Below, piece after piece: positions 19,221 through 27,684 of a stretch of 64,000 nucleotides of DNA; the stretch's first letter is position 1; every line of letters begins with the position of its first letter. The position numbers and the translations under genes are program-made. The notes below the pieces were generated by a model. It saw only the letters and a program-made list of their open reading frames with translations, made no database searches and was not told the DNA's origin. Origin of the DNA: Alphaproteobacteria bacterium (GTDB taxonomy: Bacteria; Pseudomonadota; Alphaproteobacteria; Bin95); assembly GCA_964291285.2 (NCBI GenBank), contig OZ219787.1, forward strand, positions 2,016,001-2,080,000. Reading direction: 5' to 3'.

Positions 19221-19296
19221 GGTCAGAAATCCGCCATAAGCTGCAACGCTGCGTTCCGGTATCATATCGTGCCCGAAGAACGAGGAGAAATGCGCG

Positions 19297-20178
19297 ATGG
19301 CGGTGGACCTGCTCCCCTATGACGACCGCGACGGCTATATCTGGCTGGACGGCGCGCTGGTTCCGTGGCGCGACGCCAGGCTGCATGTCATGACCCATGG
19401 CCTGCACTACGCCAGCGCGGTCTTCGAGGGCGAACGTGTCTATGGCGGGCACATCTTCCGTTCGCGCGCCCATACCGAACGCCTGCGCAACTCGGGCCGG
19501 CTCATGGGGTTCGAAATTCCCTACTCGGTAGAAGAGCTGGAGAGCGCCAAACGGGAAGTGCTGCAGGCCAACGGCCTTGAGGACGCCTATGTCCGCCCGG
19601 TGGCATGGCGCGGCGCGGAGATGATGGGCGTGTCGGCCCAGGAGGCCACGATCCATGTCGCGATTGCGGCCTGGTTCTGGGGCGCCTATTTCGGCGACGG
19701 CACGGAGATGTCCGGCATCCGCATGAAGACCGGCCGCTATCGCCGGCCGGGCCCCGAATGCGGTCCCGTGCAGGCCAAGGCGACCGGCCACTACCTGATC
19801 TGCACGCTGAACAAGCACGAGGTCGAGGCCGAGGGCTACCACGATGCCCTGTTCCTCGACACGCGCGGCTTCGTGGCGGAGGGCTCCGGCGCCAATATCT
19901 TCCTGGTCCAGGACGGCAAGCTGCACACGCCGACGCCCGACTCCTTCCTTAACGGCATCACCCGCCAGGCGGTGATCGGCCTTGCGGAGAAACGCCAGAT
20001 CCCGGTGGTCGAGCGCTCGATCCTGCCGGAGGAGTTCGCGAAGACCTCGGAGGTCTTCGTGACCGGCACCGCCGCGGAGGTCACGCCGGTCGCGGAAATC
20101 GACGACTACCGGTTCACCCCGGGCGACATCACCCGCACGCTGATGGAAGATTTCCGCGCCATCACCTCGACCGGATAA
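19297..20178 (+). CDS. ilvE: Branched-chain amino acid aminotransferase
   Basis: THGLHYASAVFEGER, AKATG, EGSGANIF, LNGITR, GTAAEVTPV. Confidence 0.95.
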   Translation: MAVDLLPYDDRDGYIWLDGALVPWRDARLHVMTHGLHYASAVFEGERVYGGHIFRSRAHTERLRNSGRLMGFEIPYSVEELESAKREVLQANGLEDAYVRPVAWRGAEMMGVSAQEATIHVAIAAWFWGAYFGDGTEMSGIRMKTGRYRRPGPECGPVQAKATGHYLICTLNKHEVEAEGYHDALFLDTRGFVAEGSGANIFLVQDGKLHTPTPDSFLNGITRQAVIGLAEKRQIPVVERSILPEEFAKTSEVFVTGTAAEVTPVAEIDDYRFTPGDITRTLMEDFRAITSTG

Positions 20179-20201
20179 CGAAAGCAAGAGGACTGCCACC
20201 C

Positions 20202-21404
20202 ATGCGCGATGCCTATATCTGCGACGCCGTCCGCACCCCCGTCGGCCGCCATTCCGGCGCGCTTGCCGCGGTCAGGGCGGACGATCTCGCCGCCCTGCCG
20301 CTCAAGGCGCTGATGGAGCGCAATCCGGGCCTCGACCCGGAAGCCGTCGAGGATGTGATCTTCGGCTGCGCCAACCAGGCGGGCGAGGACAACCGCAATG
20401 TCGCGCGCATGGCGGTGCTGCTGGCCGGCCTGCCCCAGTCCGTGCCGGGCAGCACGGTGAACCGGCTCTGCGGCTCGTCGCTCGATGCGGTCGGCTCGGC
20501 CGCCCGCGCCGTCAGGCTCGGCGAGGCGGACCTGATGATCGCGGGCGGCGTCGAGAGCATGTCGCGCGCGCCCTATGTGGTGAGCAAGTCCGGCGCGCCC
20601 TGGGGCCGGGACATGCAGATGTTCGACACCTCCATCGGCTGGCGCTTCGTCAACCGCCGGATGGAGGAGGAGTTCGGCACGGACTCCATGCCGCAGACGG
20701 CCGAGAACCTGGCCCAGGAGCGGCAGATCTCGCGCGAGGACCAGGACGCCTTCGCCGCGCGCAGCCAGCAGCGCGCGGTTGCAGCACAGGAAAACGGGCG
20801 GCTCGCGAAGGAGATCGTCGCGGTGACTATCCCGCAGCGGCGCGGCGAGCCGGCGGTCGTGGACAGGGACGAGCATCCGCGCCCCGGCACGACGGCGGAG
20901 AGCCTCGGCAAGCTGCGCTCTCTGCACAGGGACGGCACGGTGACCGCAGGCAACGCCTCGGGCGTGAACGACGGCGCCGGCGCGCTCATCATAGCGAGCG
21001 AGGAGGCGGTGAAGCGCCACGGGCTGACGCCGAGAGCGCGGGTGCTCGGCATGGCGACTGCCGGCGTGCCGCCGAGGATCATGGGCATCGGCCCCGCGCC
21101 GGCCACACGCAAGCTGCTGGAGCGGCTCGGCATCTCGATCGGCGAGATCGACGTGATCGAGCTCAACGAGGCGTTCGCCGCCCAGTCCCTTTCGGTCACG
21201 CGCGACCTCGGCCTTCCCGACGACGCCGAGCATGTGAACCCCAATGGCGGTGCCATCGCGCTCGGCCACCCGCTCGGCATGAGCGGCGTGCGCCTCGCCG
21301 GCGCGGCGACGCAGGAGCTCCAGGAGCGGGACGCCCGCTACGCGCTCTGCACCATGTGCATCGGCGTCGGCCAGGGCATCGCCGCGGTGCTGGAGCGGGT
21401 GTAG
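20202..21404 (+). CDS. pcaF: 3-oxoadipyl-CoA thiolase (PcaF/PaaJ type)
   Basis: CANQAGEDNRNVARMA, NRLCGS, NEAFAAQ, GHPLGMSG, CIGVGQG. Confidence 0.88.
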   Translation: MRDAYICDAVRTPVGRHSGALAAVRADDLAALPLKALMERNPGLDPEAVEDVIFGCANQAGEDNRNVARMAVLLAGLPQSVPGSTVNRLCGSSLDAVGSAARAVRLGEADLMIAGGVESMSRAPYVVSKSGAPWGRDMQMFDTSIGWRFVNRRMEEEFGTDSMPQTAENLAQERQISREDQDAFAARSQQRAVAAQENGRLAKEIVAVTIPQRRGEPAVVDRDEHPRPGTTAESLGKLRSLHRDGTVTAGNASGVNDGAGALIIASEEAVKRHGLTPRARVLGMATAGVPPRIMGIGPAPATRKLLERLGISIGEIDVIELNEAFAAQSLSVTRDLGLPDDAEHVNPNGGAIALGHPLGMSGVRLAGAATQELQERDARYALCTMCIGVGQGIAAVLERV

Positions 21405-21495
21405 CCTTACCGGCAGCCGTATCCGCACCGGCCTGACGCCGGAGCCTTCGGGACAGGGGGCGGCCCGCCCCGCCATTACCGCCGCAAGGGGGCCC

Positions 21496-22821
21496 ATGAC
21501 CGCAACCCGCCAGCTCCGGTTAGGGGCGTTCATGCGCCCGGTCAGCATCCATACGGCGTGGTGGCGCTATCCGGGCAGCGCGCCCGACGCCAATTTCAAC
21601 CTCGGCCATCTGGTCGCGTTCGCCCGGACGCTCGAACGCGGATGCTTCGATGCGTTCTTCATGGCCGATCACCTTGCGGTGCTCAACATGCCGATGGAGG
21701 CGCTCAAGCGCAGCGCCACCGTCACCTCGTTCGATCCGCTCACGCTGCTGCCGGCGCTGGCGATGGTCACCGGGCGCCTCGGCCTCATCGCGACCGCATC
21801 GACCACGTTCGAGCCGCCCTATACGGTCGCCCGGCGGTTCGCATCGCTCGATCACATCAGCAACGGGCGCGCAGGCTGGAATCTCGTCACGACCTCGAAT
21901 CCGGATGCCGCGCTCAACTTCGGCCAGACCGGGCAGATGGCGCACGCCGAGCGTTACCGCCGGGCCCGTGAGTATTACGATGTAGTGACCGGCCTGTGGG
22001 ACAGCTGGGCCGACGACGCCTTCACGCGCGATGTCGGGACGGGGCAGTTCTTCGATCCCGACCGGCTCCACACCCTGGACCATCGCGGCGAGTTCTTCTC
22101 CGTGCGCGGACCGCTGAACATCGCCCGTCCGGTGCAGGGCTGGCCGCTCATCGTGCAGGCCGGCGCGTCGGAGGCGGGCCGGCAGCTCGCAGCGGAAACC
22201 GCGGAGATGGTGTTTACCGGACAGGGCACGCTGGCCGAGGGTCAACGCTTCTACGCCGATGTGAAGGGCCGGATGGAGCGCATCGGGCGCGATCCCGACC
22301 ACATGAAGATCCTGCCCGGCGTCCTTGTCGTCATCGGGGACAGCGTCGAGGAGGCGCGCGAAAAGCGGGCGTATCTCGACAGCCTGGTCAACGAGGACAG
22401 CGCGATCGCGAGCTTGTCCATCGCGCTCGGGCACGACGCTTCGGCCTTCGACCCGGACGGGCCGCTGCCAGAGGTGCCCGAGAGCAATGCGAGCAAGAGC
22501 GGCCGGGAGCGCGCCATTGCGCTCGCACGGCGCGAAGGGCTGACCGTGCGCGAGCTCGCGCGCCGTCTCGGCGGCTATTCGGGGCTCGCCATGGTCGGCA
22601 CGCCGGCCACCATTGCCGATGAGATGGAGCACTGGCTCGAGGCCCGGGGCAGCGACGGCTTCAATGTCATGTTCCCTTACCTGCCCGGCAGCCTGGACGC
22701 CTTTGTGGACCGGGTCGTGCCCGAGTTGCAGCGCCGGGGCCTCTATCGCCGTGCGTATGAGGGCGCCACGCTGCGCGAGAACCTCGGCGTGCCGCGTCCG
22801 CCCAACCGGTTCTTCCGGTAG
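21496..22821 (+). CDS. NtaA/DmoA-family FMN-dependent monooxygenase (LLM class)
   Basis: FDAFFMAD, FASLDHISNGRAGWN, SWADDA, QAGASEAGR, VVPELQRRG. Confidence 0.92.
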   Translation: MTATRQLRLGAFMRPVSIHTAWWRYPGSAPDANFNLGHLVAFARTLERGCFDAFFMADHLAVLNMPMEALKRSATVTSFDPLTLLPALAMVTGRLGLIATASTTFEPPYTVARRFASLDHISNGRAGWNLVTTSNPDAALNFGQTGQMAHAERYRRAREYYDVVTGLWDSWADDAFTRDVGTGQFFDPDRLHTLDHRGEFFSVRGPLNIARPVQGWPLIVQAGASEAGRQLAAETAEMVFTGQGTLAEGQRFYADVKGRMERIGRDPDHMKILPGVLVVIGDSVEEAREKRAYLDSLVNEDSAIASLSIALGHDASAFDPDGPLPEVPESNASKSGRERAIALARREGLTVRELARRLGGYSGLAMVGTPATIADEMEHWLEARGSDGFNVMFPYLPGSLDAFVDRVVPELQRRGLYRRAYEGATLRENLGVPRPPNRFFR

Positions 22822-22971
22822 GATTTCGCAACAACCGCCGAACGCTGCCGCATGACCGCGCCGCACACGCCCCCGACGGAGGGGCGCACAGGTATGACGG
22901 ACAGGAGGGGTGGACCGGGAACACCGCGCGGCCCCGAAAATCCCCGACCGGCCTCGCCCGATGGCTGAACC

Positions 22972-22987
22972 AACCGGACAGCAGTGG
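22972..22987 (+). repeat. 16-bp direct repeat AACCGGACAGCAGTGG (second copy at 24071-24086)
   Basis: Exact match between the two positions. The first copy abuts the REP-like half aagtccgggcatgacg. Confidence 0.75.
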
Positions 22988-23033
22988 AACAAGTCCGGGC
23001 ATGACGGGAAGAGGAGGATGGCGGTATTTTTTC

Positions 23034-23066
23034 TTGACTTTATCCCCGATAGTTCTATATAAGTTC
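23034..23066 (+). promoter_or_regulatory. Sigma70-type promoter overlapped by an alphaproteobacterial LexA (SOS) box
   Basis: TTGACT at 23034-23039. GTTC-TATATAA-GTTC at 23052-23066 is a GTTC-N7-GTTC box covering the -10 region. Confidence 0.75.
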
Positions 23067-23295
23067 CATTCCGGTGCACGGAGAGAGCGAGGGAATGACC
23101 TGACGGGCTATCGGGCCGGACGCATTGCGGCGTCCGTTCCGGCGCGAATTTCGAAGGAAACTGCCGGCGGCCGGGGGCCGGGCGGCAAACCGGCGAGATG
23201 CGCGCGCCGCGATAGCCGGCGATGCGTTTTCAGGCCGTTTGAGTGCGTCGATTGGCAGGTCGGGTTGAACCGGCGGGGACGGAAAGGGGCAAGGC

Positions 23296-23727
23296 GTGGC
23301 GGAAGGGCCGGAAGACGGGTCGGAGAAGTCCGGGCGGGGCCGGGCGGTCGGCATGGCGTTGCGGAGCCGGGCGGTGGCGGCGGTGCTGGAGGAGGGCATG
23401 AGCACCCGGGCGGCGGCGGCGCGGTTCGGGCTGAGCGCGCCGAGTGTCAGCCGCTGGGTGAAGCGTTTCCGCGAGCGCGGACATGCGCGGCCGGATGCGC
23501 GCGGGGGGAGTCTCTCGCGGGTGGAGGCGGAGCGCGACCGGATCGTCCGCATCCTGGAGGCGCGCCCGGAGCTGTCCAGCCGGGCGCTGGGCGAGGCGCT
23601 GGCCGCAGAGGGCGTGCGGTTCGCCGACCGGACCCTGCGCGGGTTCCTCAAGCGCCACCGGATGGAGCGCCGCCGCCGTCTCGCCGTCCGCCGCCAGCGG
23701 AAGCGGTGGAAGGCAAGCGGCGGTTAG
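23296..23727 (+). CDS. Stand-alone HTH protein homologous to the IS630 transposase N-terminus (no DDE domain)
   Basis: LRSRAVAAVLEEGMSTRAAAARFGLSAPSVSRWVKRFRERG, a second HTH ...TLRGFLKRH, and a basic tail. Confidence 0.75.
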   Translation: MAEGPEDGSEKSGRGRAVGMALRSRAVAAVLEEGMSTRAAAARFGLSAPSVSRWVKRFRERGHARPDARGGSLSRVEAERDRIVRILEARPELSSRALGEALAAEGVRFADRTLRGFLKRHRMERRRRLAVRRQRKRWKASGG

Positions 23728-23833
23728 AAGGCACCCGCTGGCCTTGCCGGGTGGGCATCCGCCCTCCATTCGCCGCCCCCGCGCCCCGGCGGGAACCTGC
23801 TCCGAACCGTCACCCCGGACTTGCCTGCCCCAT

Positions 23834-23983
23834 CCCTTATCCTGAGTAGCGACCGCGCCAGCGGGCGCGTATCGAAGGACCGCCCTGAGCCTGTCGAAGG
23901 GGACCGCCCCGAACTGCCGGCAGCCGTCCTTCGATATGCGCCGGCCTTCTCAGGGCGAAGGCCGGCGCTACTCAGGATGAGGG
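23834..23983. repeat. REP/REPIN-like palindromic element
   Basis: Outer arms 23834-23851 and 23966-23983 are 17/18 inverted matches. Inner arms 23865-23880 and 23926-23941 are 15/16. Nested gccctgagcctgtcgaaggg. Confidence 0.8.
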
Positions 23984-24140
23984 ACGCCGGGCGGCCGATC
24001 CGAGCCTCGATTCCGCCGGCCCCTTCGCAACCCGGTTGAACCCGGGCCGTGCGCTCTGTCCGCAAACCTAAACCGGACAGCAGTGGCGTCGATCCGGGTT
24101 CGGGCATGGCGGGCGGCGCGGTTGGGCATTACGCTGCGGC

Positions 24141-25319
24141 ATGATCTCAGCGAAACCGCGCCCGGATGAGCCGCCCTGCATCGCCGGGGCGCGCGCCCTC
24201 GGCGACACGATCCGGGCGCACGCCGAGGCCATCGAGCGCGACCGGCGCCTGCCCGATGCGCTCATGGACCGCCTGCACGAGGCCCGGCTCGCCCGGATGC
24301 TCCTGCCGCGCTCGGCCGGGGGCGACGAGATCGCGCCGGGCGTCTATCTCGACACGCTGATCGAGCTCGCGCGCCATGACGGCTCGGTCGGCTGGAACAT
24401 CTTCGTGGCCAACAGCGCCGCGCTCCTCGCCGCGTTTCTTCCCCTCGACGCCGCGCGCGAAATCTATGCCCGCCCCGACGCCCTGATGGCCTGGGGGCCG
24501 CCCGATTCGCACCAGGCCCGCGCCGTCGAGGGCGGCTACCGGGTGGGCGGCGAGTGGAGCTTCGCCTCGGGCTGCCGCCACGCCACCTGGATGGGCGCGC
24601 ATTGCCAGGTGCTGGAGCCGGACGGGTCGCTGCGCCGCAACAGCGCCGGCCGCCCCGCCATTCGCAGCCTGCTGTTCCCCGCCGGGCAGGCGCAGCTGCT
24701 CGACGACTGGAACCCCATCGGGCTGCGCGGGACCGGGTCGGAAAGCTACCGCGTCGAGGACGTGTTCGTGCCCGAGCGGTTCAGCGCCACGCGGGAGGAG
24801 CCGGCCGAGCGCCGGGAGCCCGGTCCCCTCTACGCCTTTACCCAGCAAAGCCTCTATGCGGTCGGCGTGGCCGGGGTCGCGCTCGGCCTCGCCGATGCCA
24901 TGCTCGATGCCTTCTTGGAACTCGCCCGCGGGAAGACGCCGCGCGGCCTCGCGCGCCATGCCGAGAGCCCCGGGGTCCAGGCGGAGGTCTCCCGCAGCCT
25001 CGCGCGCCTCGGGTCGGCCCGGGCGTGGCTGGTGGAGACCGTCGATGCCGTTTATGACAGCGCGCAGGACATTGCCTGTATCGACGTGCCCACCCGGGCC
25101 CGCGTCAGGCTCGCCTGCAGCCACGCCATCCAGGGCGCGGTGGAAACGGCCGCGGCGCTTTACCGGCTCGCCGGCGTCGACGCCATTTTCCCCGGCAGCG
25201 CTTTCGAGCGGCGCTTTCGCGACATCCACACGCTGTCCCAGCAGATCCAGTCGCGCCCGCAGCATTTCGAGGCCACCGGCCACGTCCTCCTCGGCGGCGC
25301 GCCCGAGGTGTTCTACTAA
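24141..25319 (+). CDS. Acyl-CoA dehydrogenase-fold flavin-dependent hydroxylase (HsaA-like)
   Basis: IERDRRLP, GEWSFASGCRHATW, DDWNPIGLRGTGS, FERRFRDIHT. Confidence 0.88.
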   Translation: MISAKPRPDEPPCIAGARALGDTIRAHAEAIERDRRLPDALMDRLHEARLARMLLPRSAGGDEIAPGVYLDTLIELARHDGSVGWNIFVANSAALLAAFLPLDAAREIYARPDALMAWGPPDSHQARAVEGGYRVGGEWSFASGCRHATWMGAHCQVLEPDGSLRRNSAGRPAIRSLLFPAGQAQLLDDWNPIGLRGTGSESYRVEDVFVPERFSATREEPAERREPGPLYAFTQQSLYAVGVAGVALGLADAMLDAFLELARGKTPRGLARHAESPGVQAEVSRSLARLGSARAWLVETVDAVYDSAQDIACIDVPTRARVRLACSHAIQGAVETAAALYRLAGVDAIFPGSAFERRFRDIHTLSQQIQSRPQHFEATGHVLLGGAPEVFY

Positions 25320-26611
25320 TTCATCCAGGCGGCCACGGCGCCCGGCTTCTGGGCGGCGCGCTCGGCCACCAGCGCCCGGAGTTCGCGCTCGCGCCCGGCC
25401 TGCCTGGCGGCGGCGATCAGGAGCTGCATGAACACATCGCGCTGGGCGTGGCTGCCGCCGAGGCGGTACAGCTCGTAGCGGACCGGCTCCAGCAGCTTGA
25501 AGCAGCGCTCCGGCTCGCCGGCGCCGAAGGCCGCGATGGCCTCGCAAAGCGGCAGCCCGACATCGTCATAGACGGCGTCGGCCGTCGCCTCGCCGCTGCG
25601 GGCGGACATGGCGTCGAGATGGCCCCGCACGCTTTCCGTGTCGCCGGCCATGGCGAGCGCCGCCATGTAATGGGCGTCGAAGAAGGGGAAGATGCCGTCG
25701 GCGAACCGGCCGGCGGCGTGTTCGGCCAGTTCCGCCCAGCGCCCGCCGGCGTCCACGCCCCGGAAATGCAGGCGGAGCAGCATGGAGGCCGCATTCGCGA
25801 TGTCGAGCACGTCGTCGCTCGCGGCGTCGGCCCTGAAACGGTTGTCATAGAGGTCGAGCGCCGCATCCGCCTCGTCCAGCGCCAGGTGGAACAGCGCCTG
25901 GTGCCACCACAGATGGTGGCGGAAATTGTGGACCTTGTGTTCCCAGTGCGCCTCGTTCTCGCGGACCCAGGCGATGCCTTCCCCGGCGCGGCCCTGCATC
26001 TCCATGACATGGGCGACGGAGTGGACCGACCACGCATCGGAGGGGTCTATGGCCACAGCCCGGCGGCCGAAATCCTCGGCCCGGGCGTAGTCGCCGACCT
26101 CCTCCAGCCCGAAGGCGCGCATGCCGAGCACATAGCCGTAGCCGGGCACGCTCTCGTCCCAGGCCGGCAGCACGCGCGCGACGCTGTCCCGGTGCTGGGC
26201 GAGCGCGCCGTGATAGAAATGCAGGTAGTGCGCGAGGCGGATGGCGAGGATGTCGCGCGGGTGGTCCAGCAGGATGTCCTCGAAGCGGAGGACGGCCCCG
26301 GCCGTGTCGCCCGCAGCCCAGCGCGACAGGGCGTCCGCATGGGCGCGTTCGCGCGCCGTCGCCGCCAGCGCGCCTGCCTGTTCGCCGGACTTCGCCGCCC
26401 GCGGGCGGAGCGCGCCCACTCCCATCAGCAGGAAGAAATAGCCCCGGAGGGCATGGGCCATCGGCATCTCGGCATCGGCGTCGAATGCAGCCTTGAGCAG
26501 CGGCCCGGCCTCCCGCCCGAAAGCCAGGAAATCGTCGAGCGCCGCATCCAGCGCGGCCGCCGCCTCGCCGCCGGCTGCGGTCAGTTCCAGACCCCGCTTG
26601 TCCTGAGCCAA
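25316..26611 (-). CDS. TPR protein, TTC38-like
   Basis: HPRDILA, GYVLGMRAFGLEE, DAWSVHSVAHVMEMQG, HLWWHQAL, LGGSHAQRDVF. Confidence 0.9.
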   Translation of the reverse strand: MAQDKRGLELTAAGGEAAAALDAALDDFLAFGREAGPLLKAAFDADAEMPMAHALRGYFFLLMGVGALRPRAAKSGEQAGALAATARERAHADALSRWAAGDTAGAVLRFEDILLDHPRDILAIRLAHYLHFYHGALAQHRDSVARVLPAWDESVPGYGYVLGMRAFGLEEVGDYARAEDFGRRAVAIDPSDAWSVHSVAHVMEMQGRAGEGIAWVRENEAHWEHKVHNFRHHLWWHQALFHLALDEADAALDLYDNRFRADAASDDVLDIANAASMLLRLHFRGVDAGGRWAELAEHAAGRFADGIFPFFDAHYMAALAMAGDTESVRGHLDAMSARSGEATADAVYDDVGLPLCEAIAAFGAGEPERCFKLLEPVRYELYRLGGSHAQRDVFMQLLIAAARQAGRERELRALVAERAAQKPGAVAAWMN

Positions 26612-26745
26612 AGTCAGCCTCCCGAAAATCCGTAGCCGCCGGTCCGTCCGGTTGCTGAGCAGCGTAGAACGGATTTGAACGACGCGCCAAGATGGGAACG
26701 GGCGGCGGCACGCGAATGGCTGCGGGAAGATCGGGAGAGCGCGGG

Positions 26746-27684
26746 ATGGGGAAAGCCTGGGAGATACCGGAACCGGCGGATGTGCTCGAAGTCCCCACCG
26801 CTGACGGAAGCATCATCCATGTCCGCCGTCACGGCGTTCCGCACGGGCCGCGCCTGCTTCTGACCCACGGGAACGGCATGGCCGTGGATGCCTATTTCCC
26901 GTTCTGGGGAGGATTGACGGACCGGTTCGACATCTTCGTCCACGATCTCCGCAACCACGGGTGGAACCCGGTTGGCCGTCTCGAAGACCACCGGATCGCC
27001 AATCTGGTCGACGATGGCGGCCGGGTGGCGGGAGCCATCGAGCGGAATTTCGGCAGCAGGCCCCTGACCGGCGTGTTCCATTCCCTCTCCGGGCTGCTCG
27101 GCCTCTGGCAATCCATCGCGGGCGCAATCCGGTTCGACGCCATCGTGGCGTTCGACCTGCCGCTTGTGCCGCCCGGCCAGACCCGCGGCGACCTCGAAAG
27201 GGTAGGAAAACACCTGGGCCGAATGGCGCGCAAGCGGCGCAGCAGCTACCCGACTCGGGAAGGCTTCGCCCGGCGGCTGGCCCGGATGCCGGTGTTCAAC
27301 CGGCTGCAGGCGAGGGACTTCGACCTGATCGCGCGGACGACGCTGAGGGAACGGGCCGACGGCGGACACGAACTCAGATGCCCGCCGGAGTACGAAGCGC
27401 AGATGTTCGAGGAATACTATTCCTGGTCGAGCATAACCGAGACGAGAGACGCGCCCTGCCCGGTAAAGGCGATTTCCGCGGACCCGACGATAACCGGCAC
27501 CTATCTTCCCGGAGAGGGGATGGAGGAACTGGTGCATGTGGACTACGACTTCGTCCCGGAAACCTCCCATCTGCACCAGATAGAAGCACCGGAGCAATGC
27601 CGCGAGGCGATGCTGGAATTTCTCGACGGGATCGGTTTTCAGGAACAGGCGTCGGCGGACCGGGCGAACTCATGGCCGGAGTAA
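26746..27684 (+). CDS. Alpha/beta hydrolase
   Basis: LLTHGNG, HDLRNHG, atypical nucleophile elbow FHSLSG, SHLHQIEAP. Confidence 0.82.
   Translation: MGKAWEIPEPADVLEVPTADGSIIHVRRHGVPHGPRLLLTHGNGMAVDAYFPFWGGLTDRFDIFVHDLRNHGWNPVGRLEDHRIANLVDDGGRVAGAIERNFGSRPLTGVFHSLSGLLGLWQSIAGAIRFDAIVAFDLPLVPPGQTRGDLERVGKHLGRMARKRRSSYPTREGFARRLARMPVFNRLQARDFDLIARTTLRERADGGHELRCPPEYEAQMFEEYYSWSSITETRDAPCPVKAISADPTITGTYLPGEGMEELVHVDYDFVPETSHLHQIEAPEQCREAMLEFLDGIGFQEQASADRANSWPE

Noticed and set aside
27639-27684. 46-bp convergent overlap between the hydrolase and the amine dehydrogenase
   Set aside because: Short 3' overlaps are common in GC-rich genomes, and there is no evidence of function.
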